A stretch of DNA of 62,618 nucleotides, filler included, from Basidiobolus ranarum (GCA_040143965.1; 6 parts of 6 records of this genome joined end to end with filler, not necessarily neighbours in it), one strand, 5' to 3'; numbered from the whole stretch's first letter, positions 24,425 to 38,334 are shown. Program-made: numbers and translations. Notes: generated from the letters alone by a model not told the origin.

Positions 24425-25065
24425 CTATTTGTCTGTACAGAATTGTTGTTGGACAGCTAAGGTGAAGAAGAACTGGGCAAGGATGAGCAAAGCAATAAAG
24501 AGTGCGATAATGGTGTCCATGGTCTTATAGAAGCCAACGGAGAGGATGACAAAGATTACCGTGAGCAGAGAAAATTCCATCAATTGGATCTTAATAAGGC
24601 CCATGCGCTCACTCAGGAATACAGTGAACCGGTAGCCTGGAACAATACCCATGAGTGAGATGATTAGATTGCCAGCAGTTTCGGTCCACATAGTATCATA
24701 TAGAGATAACCCCTTCAATAAATAACCGACGCTTTGTGAAAAATAGGTCTGCTTCAGTGAGAGCTCATGGAAGGCAACGTCTAAGAAGAACCAAGAGAGG
24801 GAAGTGCTAAGAAATACTTTTAGGTGCTTCCGCTAGTCAAAATGTTGTGTGAAAGAAAGTCGCTCTGGTCGACGTTTTTCTGTTTCGATGGGGTCTTTAT
24901 TTTGTTCTTAGTAAATTGCCTCCAGATCTTTTGCCACCTGGGCTACGTTACCTTTAACTTCAGCTGTGTATCGAGGTAATCTAATCCTAATAGTCAGACA
25001 AAAATAAGTCGTGAAGACGACTGGGACACGCCTAAAACTAAGTATCAATCTTCTCACATAGTCAT
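24425..25065 (-). pseudogene. PHO84: PHO84-like phosphate:H+ symporter fragment, pseudogene
   Basis: Frame reads ...LTIRIRLPRYTAEV...IY*...FTQHFD*RKHLKVFLSTSLSWFFLDVAF...GNLIISLMGIVPGYRFTVFLSERMGLIKIQLMEF...LAQFFF. This matches the central part of Pho84 with in-frame TAG stops; no N- or C-terminal parts were recognised. Confidence 0.85.
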
Positions 25066-25574
25066 GTTCTGAAGTGGTTGATTTTTTTGACTAAATATAG
25101 TTCACACCAAATGGTGCCTTTCATCCCCATAACTTCATGTCTACCATTTCAACTGCATTTATCCCTTCCAATTCTAAGAAACTCACTTTAAAAAAAGTAT
25201 CCATACAGAAGCAACATCTCCCTAACCCTTTCGAAAAACAAAGCAGCAAGTGTCAATTAAACTATTTATCTACCTAAACCCAATTTTCTCTATATATCCT
25301 GATCATTTCTTGAGGCCCTATGTCAAGAATTTAGAAACCAGACAATGCCTAATTATATTGAATACTTCTCACTGTAAATTGATAGCTTAACTGGGTATAA
25401 GAAGATTTTTTGTTATTACGTGTAGAGATAGATAGGGTTTCCTCAATCCATATTAGTATGGTATCTTAGTTTATTAATATAGTTAATGAAGAGTATTTCA
25501 TCTATGAGGGCTTTGCTTCTTCTCGCACATGTTACAAATCGGCAAGAAACGAGGTATATTAAACGGCACCAATA

Positions 25575-27105
25575 CTAACTGAAAGCAACAAAAAAAGGCC
25601 TATCAGAAGGTATAAATGCCCAAAGGACCATCATGATAGTGGCCAAAGCGATTACCGCAGCTGGCATGACAACAATACCAAGTTCACCAGCAATTTGGCC
25701 TACTATGAATGGGAAGAGGGCAGCTCCACCTGCTCCTAACCTATTTTAAGAGGCAATTAAACCAGAGGGTTAGCTAAATAAAGTGCAACTAGTAATATAA
25801 GATACTTACGCAGCCATGAATCCTATGGAAGTTGCATGGTATTTACGGGGGAGCACTCTAGATGCTAGAGCAATGGTCGTGGGGAACATTGGGCCCAATA
25901 AAAATCCGACGAGAACAACAACTATCAAGTAAAGTAGATAAGTACCATCTCAAAGCCATCACAAATACTAAGAACAGCAATCACATTACCTGTAGCATTC
26001 AAGATAATATCGGTAGTGATCATCATTAAGACAAGGGATCCAATAGCTCCCATGGTAAACAAAGTAATCATCAATTTCTCTCCATATCTACCAGATAGGT
26101 AGCCTAACACAATTCGACCTCCAGCCAAAGCTCCCCAGTATCCTGCCATGACGCGACCCATGAGGATTTTATCACCATGTCTGCCCTCGAGTAAAAATGT
26201 ATAGCCCCAACCGCCCATGGTAACTTCTGCACCGACATAAACCAAGATATTAGCTGCACCCACCATAGTCATGCGGTTAAAAATAGCAGCTCGGGTAAGT
26301 TCAGCATGCGAATCTTTCTTGCTGGCATGTATGCTCTGTTCATTGATCACTGGTTCGGCAACTTCGACTGCAGTCACTTCTTCAAAGTCCGTGTGATAGA
26401 ATCCAATGGTAATACTTATGATATTAACAAGTGCACACAGAGCCAGGAATACATACATGCCCTTCCATGAGATATTAAATTGTAATAGGGTGACTGCAAC
26501 TAAGGGACCTATCATGGCACCAATGCCATATACGGCTAATAATGGCACCCAGAAAAAATTGATTAATATCGATATAGTAATTGTTGCTTCATAAATTATT
26601 GCCACTCACAGTGTAGAACGTTGAGCATAAAGGTTGCATGGGGTATATTAGCCATGTAGACATTCACAGCAGCATCTAACAAAGCCATACCGGCACCTGT
26701 AAATACGATAGCCACTTTCATAACAGAGAAAGAGAATCCCATCATAAGGAACGAGTAAGAAATCAGCATCATGCCAGCACCTAGATACATTGTCTTCAAT
26801 TGACCTAAACGATGAACGATATAACCGTTGAGGAGTGCACTGGTAAAGAATCCGCAAGCGCTGTATAAGAAAAGTAAGGAGATGGTTTTATCGGAGATAT
26901 CGTAGTATTCCTTCAAATTGGGGAGAATGAGACCTAAACTGCCATCATTTAAACCAGCTACAATACTGATAAAAAAGGAAGCAAAAATTGGCTTGATGTA
27001 ATCTTTAAGGACCTCAAGGGATTCGTCTTCGTTGCTGCTACTTAGTAATGCAGTGTTCTCATTAGGAGGATGCATCAAAGACTCTTCTTCGTTTGAGTTA
27101 GTCAT
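25575..27105 (-). CDS. MFS transporter (Bsc6/FucP-like), 4 exons
   Basis: Motifs GLNDGSLGLILPNLKEYY, YVGAEVTMGGW, GPMFPT and LGAGGAALFPFIVG; GT-AG introns; stop TAG at 25575-25577. Confidence 0.9.
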
Positions 27106-30100
27106 CGATTATACAAACACTAAAAGCAAAGTAGCGCCTGAGTAATCACAAAAGGGAGCAAAGGACAGAAAGGCAAATTTCATAAGAAATACATGTATAC
27201 AGTTATAGCTATATTGGTGGTACAAATTAGAGTCAATAAGCCTTATTTTAGCAAGGCACTTGCTTTTGTTATAGAAATGCCAACGTGATAGGTGTAAGAA
27301 CCCCTTAGATGTGATCATTTTTCGATTTTGTAATACTCCTAGAGCACAATCATTACATCATGGGCCACCTCCATTCTTTATGGAAGTCTAGTAACCATTT
27401 GTTTGAATAATTAAAGCCAATCAAGTCTTGGGTTTGGTATATGTCCTGACCAAAGCTCTTATATCACTCATTCCTTAATATATCTCAATATATTCAATAT
27501 GTCCCTTCTATTTTTCTACTGTAACACAGGAGTCTAGCACTCCTAGAACAATAAGTGCGCGCGCCTAGCAAACTCACTCCCCATGATAACCCAGCAATTT
27601 ATTGCTACTTTCAAGATTAATAATAGTCCGGATCTGCCCCACTAATAGCTCCTACATCAACAACTCCAAAACCGTATTCTTAATTGTTTCCTTCCTTTCG
27701 TTAAGCTTATACTTTGTATCACTTTTCTGTTGGATGCAACTCATTGTAGGTCAACAATGTGTCTAATATTCCTAACCTCGCAATGTATGGGTTAGACAGG
27801 CCATTACTTGGATTTCTATTTCCTTATGCTAATTTATTTAAAAAACCCACATAAACATATTTGCAGTCATGTCCAATATATGCATCCTACATATCCTTCA
27901 TACCAATTACTGAAATTCTCACCCCCCCCCAATATTTGAAGCTAGTTTTCAGTTATGTAGTCTTTTGCAGTCACTCCCATCGCTCCATTAATAAACTTGC
28001 TTTATACTAAGCAATCACCCTTAAATACACACCATGATCAAATTTCACTGTATATTAGAAACTTATTTAGAGGCAGTAGTTTTGTTGAGGTATGTAATGA
28101 CACAATATACCATGGTTCCTGCAACAAAGTAAGCAGTGAATACACCTGAAAGGCCTGTCATGACTGTAATAGCTAACCGCTCAAGACTCAAGATGTTAAA
28201 TAACGGTATTTTGTACTATTGGAGCATCACTATGCTACTTCACGCCTTTACCTGACTTACTAAGAAGCCGGGTATTACTTGCCTTGTGTTATCAATGAGA
28301 AATTGATATACATAATCAAGTTCAACGCAAGCCTATGGCATGAACTGATTAATTGGCTGTAAGAGAGAAAATGGACTCGCAACATTGATTTGTATCGAAC
28401 GTGGACTAATGATATGTGACAAAAAGTGAGATTTAAGTAACACCGACTATTACATTGCTCTGGCATTAGAGTTTCTAATAATAGTATCAACAGAACTTCA
28501 CCTATGTCTGTGTTCTGAGGGCTCATGCATTCTAAGCGGGGAGGGATTTACCTGAATAATGTTAAATGAAATTGCACACTTATTACTTTTAGGCCCTAGT
28601 TCATTATGTATCATTATAAAGTAAGTCTATGAACGAATTGATGTGAACCTTCGAAGGCTATTTAACTACTGACAAGTTATGAAAGTTGAGTTTCTGCATT
28701 CTCTTAGAGCTACATTTGTTGGATAAGATGAAGTACATAATCCTATGGATCTCCACTCCAATTCACAAATTCGCCTCTCGGTCAACACCGAGCATAAATC
28801 AATCACATAGACAAGTCCAACACAATATATATATAGTCAATTAGTCACCCGGAAGAAGTGTAGCATATAAAGTGAGTACTACCTTAGGGGGTTAGGACGG
28901 TAATTCCTTCATTGATTGAATGGAAAATGAGACAAAACTCTGAAAATAAAACGCAAACAATTTGTAGTAAGTCTTGCAGAAGCTATTCAGTGTAATAAAC
29001 CTCAGCTGCTCAACATTCCACATTTTACAGAACGAGGTTAGGGAAATATATTTTGGTTAAAAAGCATTTCACGTGACAGTTTGGTATATTTCGTGGGTCA
29101 TTAAAATACGGTAGTGACTGATGGTGAATGGCACTATCACGAAGATTTTTGCATGTGAAATAGGATCATAACGGTCATACTTATAACGCATTCTCTTACG
29201 TTATTGTAAGAAATAGACGCTTCAGTCATTAATTGATTATGTTGCTAGTTATTAATTGATTCAGTTGATGGAGTTAGGATGTTAATCGATTGAGATGGCT
29301 ATTAATTGATTGTCACAAGATGTCATAGATGGAGTACGACAATCCTAGTTGAGACAATTATAGTTACAGTTACGATTATAGTTGCAGTTACATATTTGAA
29401 ATCAACCTTTTTCTAACATAAAAGCCAATTTGAATGGTGGTTGTGTTATCCCGCGTATCGTGGATTGCGTATTATGAATTGTGAGAAAATTGACCTAAAT
29501 TCCAATATCTATTCTTGATCATAATGTCAGTAATGTCAAGCTAGAGACCACAGGTTTGGGTGTTGCTGTGCGAAGTATCACGACGGCAGAGTTGCAGAGG
29601 TCATGATTCAGTCTAAGAGAAAATGAGAGTCCAAGAACATACACCACAAGCAAAGATACAAGTTTCTGGTGTGGTACTGAGCTCGTCATTTACTCATTTG
29701 CATAATGTAACAGCGTAGGTATTTAAAGTGTAACTGGCTATTCTTTGTACCTATAATTTCATTATATTGACTTGCTATTCCACTATGTGGCGCCTAACCT
29801 TCAGGAATTATATAGTCTGTAGATCTTTATTCCAAAGTATCAATTTAGGAGTTTGTTATTCCGAGCTAATTGTATTACATAGTACTATTATCTTCGATGT
29901 TGTAATGATTTTCTGTCAAGGTGCCCACATGTTAGCCATTTTATCGGTTTCCTAATGTAGGCCGATGAGCCAGGTGAAGCCATGGAGGGACTATCTCCAA
30001 CACAAATCAGTTTTCCGTCGGTCTTCCTTTAGGCTTGTAGCTTCAGCTCTGTTCTTCAGCACATTCTAAGAATTCTTGCTTAGCACAGGTCACATTTTAC

Positions 30101-31154
30101 AGACATAACTTTATTCCACTCAGGCTGAAGTTAGAGTAATTTTCTATAGTCATTATACTATTCATGAGCACAAAGAATTAGTATCCCTATGGAACAGTTA
30201 CTCTTGCATGATATGCTAAATCTGCTTTACTGTGTTTATTAGTTACTTTGATTGCGGTGAGTAATAATAGTAGATTAAGATCTTTTGCGCGCTCGAGATT
30301 GGAAATGGGATAATTGATTAGTTACTGAGCTGAACTTGTGTTGACTTCCTCTCTATTACGAGTAAGAACTCATGTATTGTTTACTACATTAGTCGATGAA
30401 ATGGACATGTGCATACAATGTCGACTGCCACATTCGTCGACCATTGTATTCCTTTTTATCAATAGGTGCATAGATGACAATCCATGGGAATAATTGTTAG
30501 CAAAGGTTTTAAATGTATCAAGTGGAGTATTCTAAAGAAAACTGTCTAGACTGCCTCTGATAACCAAATATAACTCGGAATGTTCTACTAATCGCTTAGA
30601 TTTTAGCATTACAGGAAACTCAACCATTCACTGAAGATATGATGTGTAGAAATGAATTACAGTTACAGAATGTGAACTCCAAAATTTTCCAATTTTCCAT
30701 AAATGGAATAGCGTCCCCGGGATATGCATTCATTGTATTTGTATTATTAATAACAAACTGGTACGAATTTTGTTGTGTCTCTAACAATGCTCGTTAGTAA
30801 CGTTAGATTCATGATTTGAATTAAGCAGTACATATATATGTACAAGCCCTAACTTACCATTACTTAGGGAAATGAATTTATACTAAACTAATCTAGGTCT
30901 TCACCTTCACTCTCTCACGTTTAACATAGCCAAGGTTTCAATAACTCCCAACAGGTTCAATAATCTGATTTCTGTCGAAGAGTTTAGAAACTTCATGACT
31001 TCACAATGGGATATTGCATTAGTTACACAGTTCATGATGTTAACGAATGGTTTTTCACTTGGAAGATATATAAATGAAACTACTGAACAATATTCAACAC
31101 ATCATCTGATATTTTACTACTTCCACATTCACCAATACTTGACAAAAGCTTAAG

Positions 31155-31317
31155 ATGCAAAAAATGGATTCCGGAGACCTTTACCAGAGAGTAAAAATTA
31201 CTCGTGCAGATGGTACCAAGCCTCATGTTCTTATTATCGGAGGAGGCGTGTCAGGTCGCACGACCGCCTGGACTTTACGTAATTCTGGATGTAAATTCCA
31301 AGGTCGGGCCCAGCCAT
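31155..31317 (+). CDS. FAD-dependent oxidoreductase N-terminus (DAO-like), truncated at contig end
   Basis: HVLIIGGGVSGRTTAWTL is a Rossmann GxGxxG dinucleotide-binding motif; TATA-like ATATAAA at ~31067. Only ~54 codons are visible. Confidence 0.6.
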
Positions 31318-31417
31318 NNNNNNNNNNNNNNNNNNNNNNNNNNNNNNNNNNNNNNNNNNNNTTAATTAATTAANNNNNNNNNNNNNNNNNNNNNNNNNNN
31401 NNNNNNNNNNNNNNNNN
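31318..31417. other. Artificial contig spacer
   Basis: N44-TTAATTAATTAA-N44. Confidence 0.98.
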
Positions 31418-32630
31418 GGAATTCACGCTCCCTTTGGCCGGTCCTACTGGGCACTACCATTTCCAAGGGAGGGCCAAAACCAGTGCCAATCAGAAGGGGA
31501 GCCTTGACTCGATCTCCTTCAAATTGAAGCATATCTTTGATTAACTTCATTACCATTTAACCATATCCATGAATTCATATAATTCGTCATGGGAAGCATA
31601 TTCTCAAACAAATTAATAAATTTCTGGAGTGACGATCATCTTGCACATCAAAAATCATTTATCTTATTCGTATTAGTTGCGGAATATCTTGTGCATTCTT
31701 TTTATCATCAGAATTCCATTCTATCCATATATGTTCACATTAGGAATGCCAAATTTCGGAATGAATATTTAAAATACTCGGAAAAGGAGGGAAAAAAATA
31801 ACCCTGCGGAAATAGCATTTAGAGCACCGAAAAACTACCTCGACCAATCATTCCAGTGGGAAGAATCATGATTCAAATTGAAATCAGTTTATCCGAATTC
31901 AATAATGGCATACTCTATTGATATGGGTTGTAACTACTTGGAATATATCCCTAATCATATCAAATCGATGGTGAAAATGATATGCGATGTACTAGTAACT
32001 AGTAAACCGATTACTCCGGTAATGGATACCAAATCCTTCCTTAGTTTAAAATGTTTATTAATAGAATCGTAGAATGAAAAATTGGAATATGACCCATACT
32101 TTGTTTGGGAAAATCCCGTGATTAGGTGACCCCAGGTTCACTGTTGTGTTGTCATAGACATATTTGGGAAGATTCCTTTCAGTATCTGGTGCCTCGGACA
32201 TCGAAACTGGAAATCATAATCGCTAATAAATGTGCTGCATTTATTTAGTCTCTCTGGGAAGGGGTTATTCTTCGAGAGCAAAGCGTTGGTGAGCAACATA
32301 GAGAATATTTGTAATAATACTATCCAAAGTTAACCAATGATTTATACTAAATACGAGTAATGTGGGCAGATATGGGTAGACATAAAAAGGATGCTAACTT
32401 AAAGATACACAAGCTTATGAACGGGCAAACAGCATAACAAACTGTATATTCCTTGCGAAAATAATGGCTATGAAGTTCAGGGACAATATATACATTAGAA
32501 AGATATAGATCATTCTTGTTTCGTTTTCTTTTGATAGTTATGATGTTGAATAGACCCCAGTCAATTGCTCAGATAAAAGCTGCTCTTCATTGCAAATGGC
32601 GGATTTGCAAGAAACAATCCATCAAGGAGG

Positions 32631-33062
32631 CTAGCTTGAAGATAGACTTATCAGGATTCTGGCCGCCTACAAAATAACAGAGTTAATAAGGATTCCAGCA
32701 TATCGTTGCTATTCTTCAACTCAATTTACCTGATATACAACTTCATTTTCATCATCTTGAAAAAGTGCTCTTCTATCTCCTCTTTCATAGACCTCGCGTT
32801 CTCTTACTTCGGGACCAGTTCTCTGCGGATGCAAAGGCAATCTCAAAGGAGGATACTCGTAGCCACCATTGTTTACTTGTTGCAGTGGTTGCTGAGAGGC
32901 CAGGCTGATACCCATTCCTACAGCACCCGGATGAAATACCGAGGTATGATGTGTTTCAACTGATTGTACCATGTATTGATTAGAAGGTGCGGTAGACCCC
33001 TCCGATACTTTGAATACACCAAAAGGAGGAAGGACTGGGTGAGCACGAGTTGAGTTATACAT
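32631..33062 (-). CDS. Hypothetical 122-aa protein; exons 33062-32730 and 32666-32631
   Basis: MYNSTRAHPVLPPF...DENEVVYQ/AARILISLSSS*, joined by a 63-nt phase-0 GTAAAT...TAG intron. Confidence 0.65.
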
Positions 33063-34229
33063 GAAGAGTGAGGAGGATGCTATCGATGGTAGATATAGTG
33101 AAGTTTCAGGAAAAAAATCAATCGTTAAAAAAGATAGATTTCTGAAAGAAAGTTCAATAAGGTCAAGATTAGAGGAAAGAAAGGAAGGATTTAACCAAAG
33201 CAACAAAAAAATGTGAAGTTTTAAGATGATCACATATTTCAGCACGAATCTCCGCTCAATATATATATTGATCTCACTCGCATTAGACCGAACTGTGTCT
33301 AGGGCAGACTTTCCAGCCAAATCTAAACAGGCCATACGAATATGGACGACAATGAGCAAATCCGGTAATTTTGTTATACAGAGAATCTATTGTGTGCTGG
33401 TTGTCTTAAATTCAGCTTGGTGAGTAAAATTTTCATGACTCTCCTCTGCATTGCCAGACTATAACTATATAGGATTTTCCATTGAGTTTTCCTTAGACTG
33501 CTTTTGGCATAGGATATTTCATTACATGCGCTTCGTAACAAGTTGGGAAGAGAAAAAAGCCGCAGCTTGGAATTTCGTCTAGGAGTCTAAGCAAACTTTG
33601 TGTCAGTCACCTTAACATCTTCAAGTTGCTTAGCAACGTCGTATGCTTTAATTGGCTCTGGACTTGTGATCAGGATCTGATCTACAGTGGCCAATAGTCA
33701 TTGTGGAGGAGGTGTGTAGAATGATTCATACCTGTTAGAAGTTAGCTTGTTGGTCTTACGTGCAGTCTCATCCAAGCAGGGATCCGCATTCATTTAGTTC
33801 ACATCGAATGTATGTAATATTGATCTCCGCACACCAAGAGTGAGGATATGATAGCGAAGATCACTTTAATCATACTATCTAATGAATGATGAAAAGGTCT
33901 CGATTTCATCGATATCTTTTCTTTGGATTGGGTTAAAGAACGAATATAGCCATATACACGAGTATACAGATGGTTTGTACATTCAATGTCGTTACGGAAA
34001 TATCGAGAACTTTCTACTACCTTCCCTGTTGCTCATCATAGATCAATGTTTCTAGTGAATAGTTTCGACATGGTGTTAACAATATAGAGACATCAAGCTT
34101 AATGGTGTCGAAATAAAGTTGCTGGCGTTTTCAACTACCAACTGGCTTTAGTTAGAATTGCGACGATCTTTATTAGAGAATATTATAGAACAGAGATGTA
34201 CAGTTTCAAATTTATGAACAAGAGGAAAG

Positions 34230-36906
34230 TTAAAGAGTTTGAGCTACAGTAGGAGATTCGTCATGTTTAGTAAGTACGATATGACCCTTCTCATCAAGAT
34301 ATGCTCCTTCATTAGTTGCTGGCAGAAGTTGCTCCTCCATGTCGTAAACTTCGCGGTCAGATAGCCCGGTTGTATCTTTGGGAAGCCATACTATAGGGAC
34401 AGGCTCCTTAAGAGCCGGGTGCAGATAAGCCTTCTCAGCATCACTATACGCTGTATAAGAGTATGTACGTCTCTGCCCATTCGAAGATTCAGAGTTAGCT
34501 GACGATTGGGGGGCGTCAAGTTTATCTTGTTCTTTAGGTGAAACAATGTTGACAGTCGGAATCGGTAAATTCCCAGATGGTGTTTTTGGTGCTTTTCCAT
34601 AATAGTCTGCCTCATTTTTATCCTCAAATGAGGCGTTATTCCGTTGTCCATTGGATGAGTTCAAGTCGATATCAGTGAATCCTTGTTTCTCAAGGTCAAC
34701 GTCACCAGGCGACATATTCGGCGATGTATTATTGTTTAGCGCCATGTTACCTTGCGAAAGACCTAGTGGTCTAGGATCCAATGCAATATTAAGAGGCAAA
34801 AACTTTAAAAGAGGTGAGAACCCGCGGACTCCTAAAACGTTAAAGCATACAGTGATAACTAATAGCACCACTTGAACGATTGCTTGGGCATAAGTTTGTC
34901 GAATGAAATACTGAATAAGTACACACACTTGGAAAGAATAGAGTCCAGTAAACATGTGATACACAGCATGCGGATAGAAAAGCCCGCCAGTCTGTGCCGA
35001 ATTGCTACCATAGACATACTGGAATTGATGGCAATAAACCAAGTAATACATCCCAAAATAGGCAGCAACGAAAAGAAGAAGTATCGGCGCAATGGTTGCA
35101 AACGAAATACCTAATTATAGCGCTGTTAATAATAAGACAGATTGTTATCAAACGCCAATAGCACTAACCAACTAGAAATATCAGAGTGTGTTGCGGAAAT
35201 ACAGTTCCCCATACAAAGTTGGGGAGATTTTCCAAATCCATCAGCTTACGAGGGGTGCTGGCAAAGACAAATCTTTTAAGATAACGTAATACAAGCGGTA
35301 CGATTTGTAAGATTTCCTTGCTGGCACCGACGAACGCTTGCAAAAGTACATAGGTGATGAAGAAGATGGAAGCTTTGGGTAGGTTTTCATTGATGGATTG
35401 AAGCGTCCTGCTTTTATCTTTAAGTATTCCAGTGATTGGACCTGTAAGCAAAGTCACTAGAAATACGTTGACAACCAAGAAGAAGAAATATTTGTTCATT
35501 AAGGACTGTTCGATGTCTGAGTGTCTCACAGTGCCTTCGAATTTAATGAGGGCCCTCAATATCATTGGCAATATAGCCATCAATGCTGCTAAAGCAACTG
35601 ATGGTAGGATACCGGTGATGATACCCACTATGGACGCAGGCCAACTGTCGATTGCACTAAGGAAGGTGAGATACTGTGCCAAAGTGTGAATATTGGCAAT
35701 TGATTGAACGAAAGCAGAAGGAATAAACCACAATATAACCAATGCAATAGTTATCGCTAGAGATACAATTTTGCGGAGTGAGCGCTCAATAGAAAACATA
35801 CTCAAGTTATTCCATACAACATCTCTAGGATCGACTTCCACGTAGCGAGCTTCCATAGCCAGAGGCTTGTTATGGGCTAAGGACTGTACAGCCAGATGAG
35901 CAGCCAGTTGGTTGTTGAAGGTGATAAAGGCAGAAGATTCTATGCTGAATTGATCTAGATCTTTTTGCTTCAAAACGATTTCTTGATTCAAACGTGCGAG
36001 TTCCTGACGATAATGATCAATCGAATCAACCTTTTCACCAAAGCAGGGTAGCATCCCATTGCGATGAGTTGGTCGCTTAGGAGGCTTATTAGAATCTTTA
36101 AATCCTGCTTTGATAAACTTGGTTTCCGCGGATTCAAGTTTTCCCAAGATTTTGCTACGTTTGTTGATCTCTTTGCCGAAATTTTTGACATTACGGTTAA
36201 TGCACACATACTTGACTCCATTAGGAAAAACGCTGAACATTTCTTTCAAAGCCATCTCATTGTTAGACTCACTCGGAACCCCTGTGATGAGAATTGTTGA
36301 TGACATGGGGTTATTTTGATGCTCAGTGCTCATCAAATGTCGTTGACGCAGATGAATATACTCCTGAGAATCACGATAGATCATATATAGCGTGAGGCCT
36401 AAGGAAATCGTTAAAACCATGTACAGCAATTACCAAATAAATCAATGCCTACCAGTGAATAGATAATTCAGAACAACATGGCCCCAAAGCCTGTTCGTTT
36501 CTTCGACGTTTCCAGTGCCGAACTTGAGTAATTCGGTAAGGTTGTTTGTAGGGAATACTGAATTCAAAGGAAGCAAAATGATATACCCAAACACACTGAA
36601 AATGAGAAACAGGAAGAAACTTGATCGCATAAATCTTAAGAACATGTAGGCGTCCAATCCAACACGGCGTAGTAACAGTTTATCTTTCGTCCTAAATACA
36701 TTTACAATCCAAGATATAGGTGACTTTGCCAGCTTTGGAGGGCGCTTTTCTTCCTCTACCATGTAAGTACGAGGTTCATAGACACTATCATCACTATGCC
36801 GTAGAATGGTAAATGCAAGAAGCAGACCTCCAGCAATAGCTACATTGAAAACCAGCGATGATACGAAAGCCGCCACCTCCATGTTGCTCTTATCCTTATT
36901 CTCCAT
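34230..36906 (-). CDS. CSC1/OSCA/TMEM63 (Phm7/Rsn1-like) stress-gated cation channel, 3 exons
   Basis: Motifs VYEPRTY, GLDAYMFLRF, TILITGVP, SAFITF, DVVWNNL, FFITYV, QFQYVY..TGGLFYP; two short GT-AG introns. Confidence 0.95.
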
Positions 36907-37962
36907 AATTATTTTTAGTTAGATGCGTAGTAGTATTTCTGCTATTAGTAGTGAGGATACAGATCTAGATCGGTGTGCGAGGTAGCCAGTTGTTATCGTG
37001 TAATTGTGATATAAGTATATCCGACTCTTTGTTGGTATATCAAAGCAAGACAGAACAAATAAATGCAGATGTAATGAAGGGATATCCAGCGAGGTTAAGG
37101 ATAATTATATGGGAAGGAAAGCTAGGGTGATGGCCAGGGATACAATGTCATCAGCTACACGCAGCCTGGTAAGGCTTTTCGGATAATATACATTGGGAAT
37201 TGATGTTAGGGCATTACCGAAATAATGATAAAAGTTATCATTTTACCATACTGAGGAGCTGATGTCAAGTTTACACTTATAATGTGATCGTTTGGGTGCA
37301 GAAATACGGGTATGCGACTTCTGTTGTTGTAGATGAAGTAATATTGGTGTTACCGAAGGTATCATGAGTTATCAAATCTAGTAAAGATATTAACCTAAAC
37401 ACTGATTCATCCATCTACATGATCAGACGACATTCTTGAGTTCACAGTGAAAGGAATCTTTTGAAAAAGCGGAAATTCACATTGACCTGCCCAAGGAACC
37501 TAGCTATTTTGAACAGATCAAGTGCTCGAATTCAAGGTTATTGAAACCACTGCATAACCTTAATCCCATTAGCGATTGTTTAACCATGTAACCAATCAAT
37601 ATAAACGTATCGACTACTATTCAATCTGTATTAGGTAAAGTAGTTTAGGAACTATTTCACAGTGTTTCTGTTAAGAACAGGAATAACTGGTATTCGAAGT
37701 GTTCGAGTTTGAAAATCTGTTTCTTATTCTAGATTTTTACCACTACATTATGACATAGTGGTTACTTTAAATTATAATTGCTTTCGTAATCAGAAATGCT
37801 CCTTGGATTATGAAATCAATACCTCCAGAAAAATTCCTTTTTCGCTCACGCTGTGTAGCATAAGATTAATTGAATATCAGGTGGATTTTGAAAACTACAA
37901 TTCAATAAAGTCGTTGATTTTATTTATCAATCTTGAAAGAAACAGCAATCAATACGAGCTAC

Positions 37963-38334
37963 TTAAGCGCTGCGAATGAGGAGATGAACTTCACCAACAG
38001 ACTTTCCATGCTTGTTGGAAAGAGCATACCAGTTGTCAACTTGTCCACGAGTGGCAACATCAGCTAGAGAAACGAGGGTGGATCCAACCTTATCGGTATC
38101 CAATCCCATGACCTCATTATCCAAGAGTTCGACGTGGAGTTCGTTGTGGCTGTTATCAAACTTCAACTCGAATGTCTCGTTGTAGGTAGGATTAGGATCG
38201 TTCTTCTTGGCGGTAGTCTTGTCCTTAGAGGTAAAGCCATGTCCAGTGTAGAGCTTGAAAATAGGATCAATCTTATCCAATAAATCGTTGTTCTTAAGGT
38301 TTCTGGCTTCGAGAACGGTTACTTGGATACTCAT
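37963..38334 (-). CDS. Single C2-domain protein (123 aa)
   Basis: VTVLEARNLKNNDLLDKIDP, NPTYNETF, LHVELLD, WYAL....GEVHL; TATA-like TATATAA upstream at ~38391-38397. Confidence 0.9.
   Translation of the reverse strand: MSIQVTVLEARNLKNNDLLDKIDPIFKLYTGHGFTSKDKTTAKKNDPNPTYNETFELKFDNSHNELHVELLDNEVMGLDTDKVGSTLVSLADVATRGQVDNWYALSNKHGKSVGEVHLLIRSA

Noticed and set aside
29069..29077. TCACGTGAC matching the budding-yeast CDEI/Cbf1 site
   Set aside because: No extremely AT-rich CDEII or CDEIII follows; a single 8-mer is expected by chance.
29228..29311. CRISPR-like repeat-spacer pattern
   Set aside because: Repeats are only 11 bp with irregular 9-19 nt spacers, there are no cas genes, and the context is eukaryotic.
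31418..31556. Short ORFs at the contig start (minus 31362-31556; plus frame ending ...FKLKHIFD*)
   Set aside because: Too short and truncated to assign strand or product; similarity of FQGRA to the previous contig end is taken as chance.
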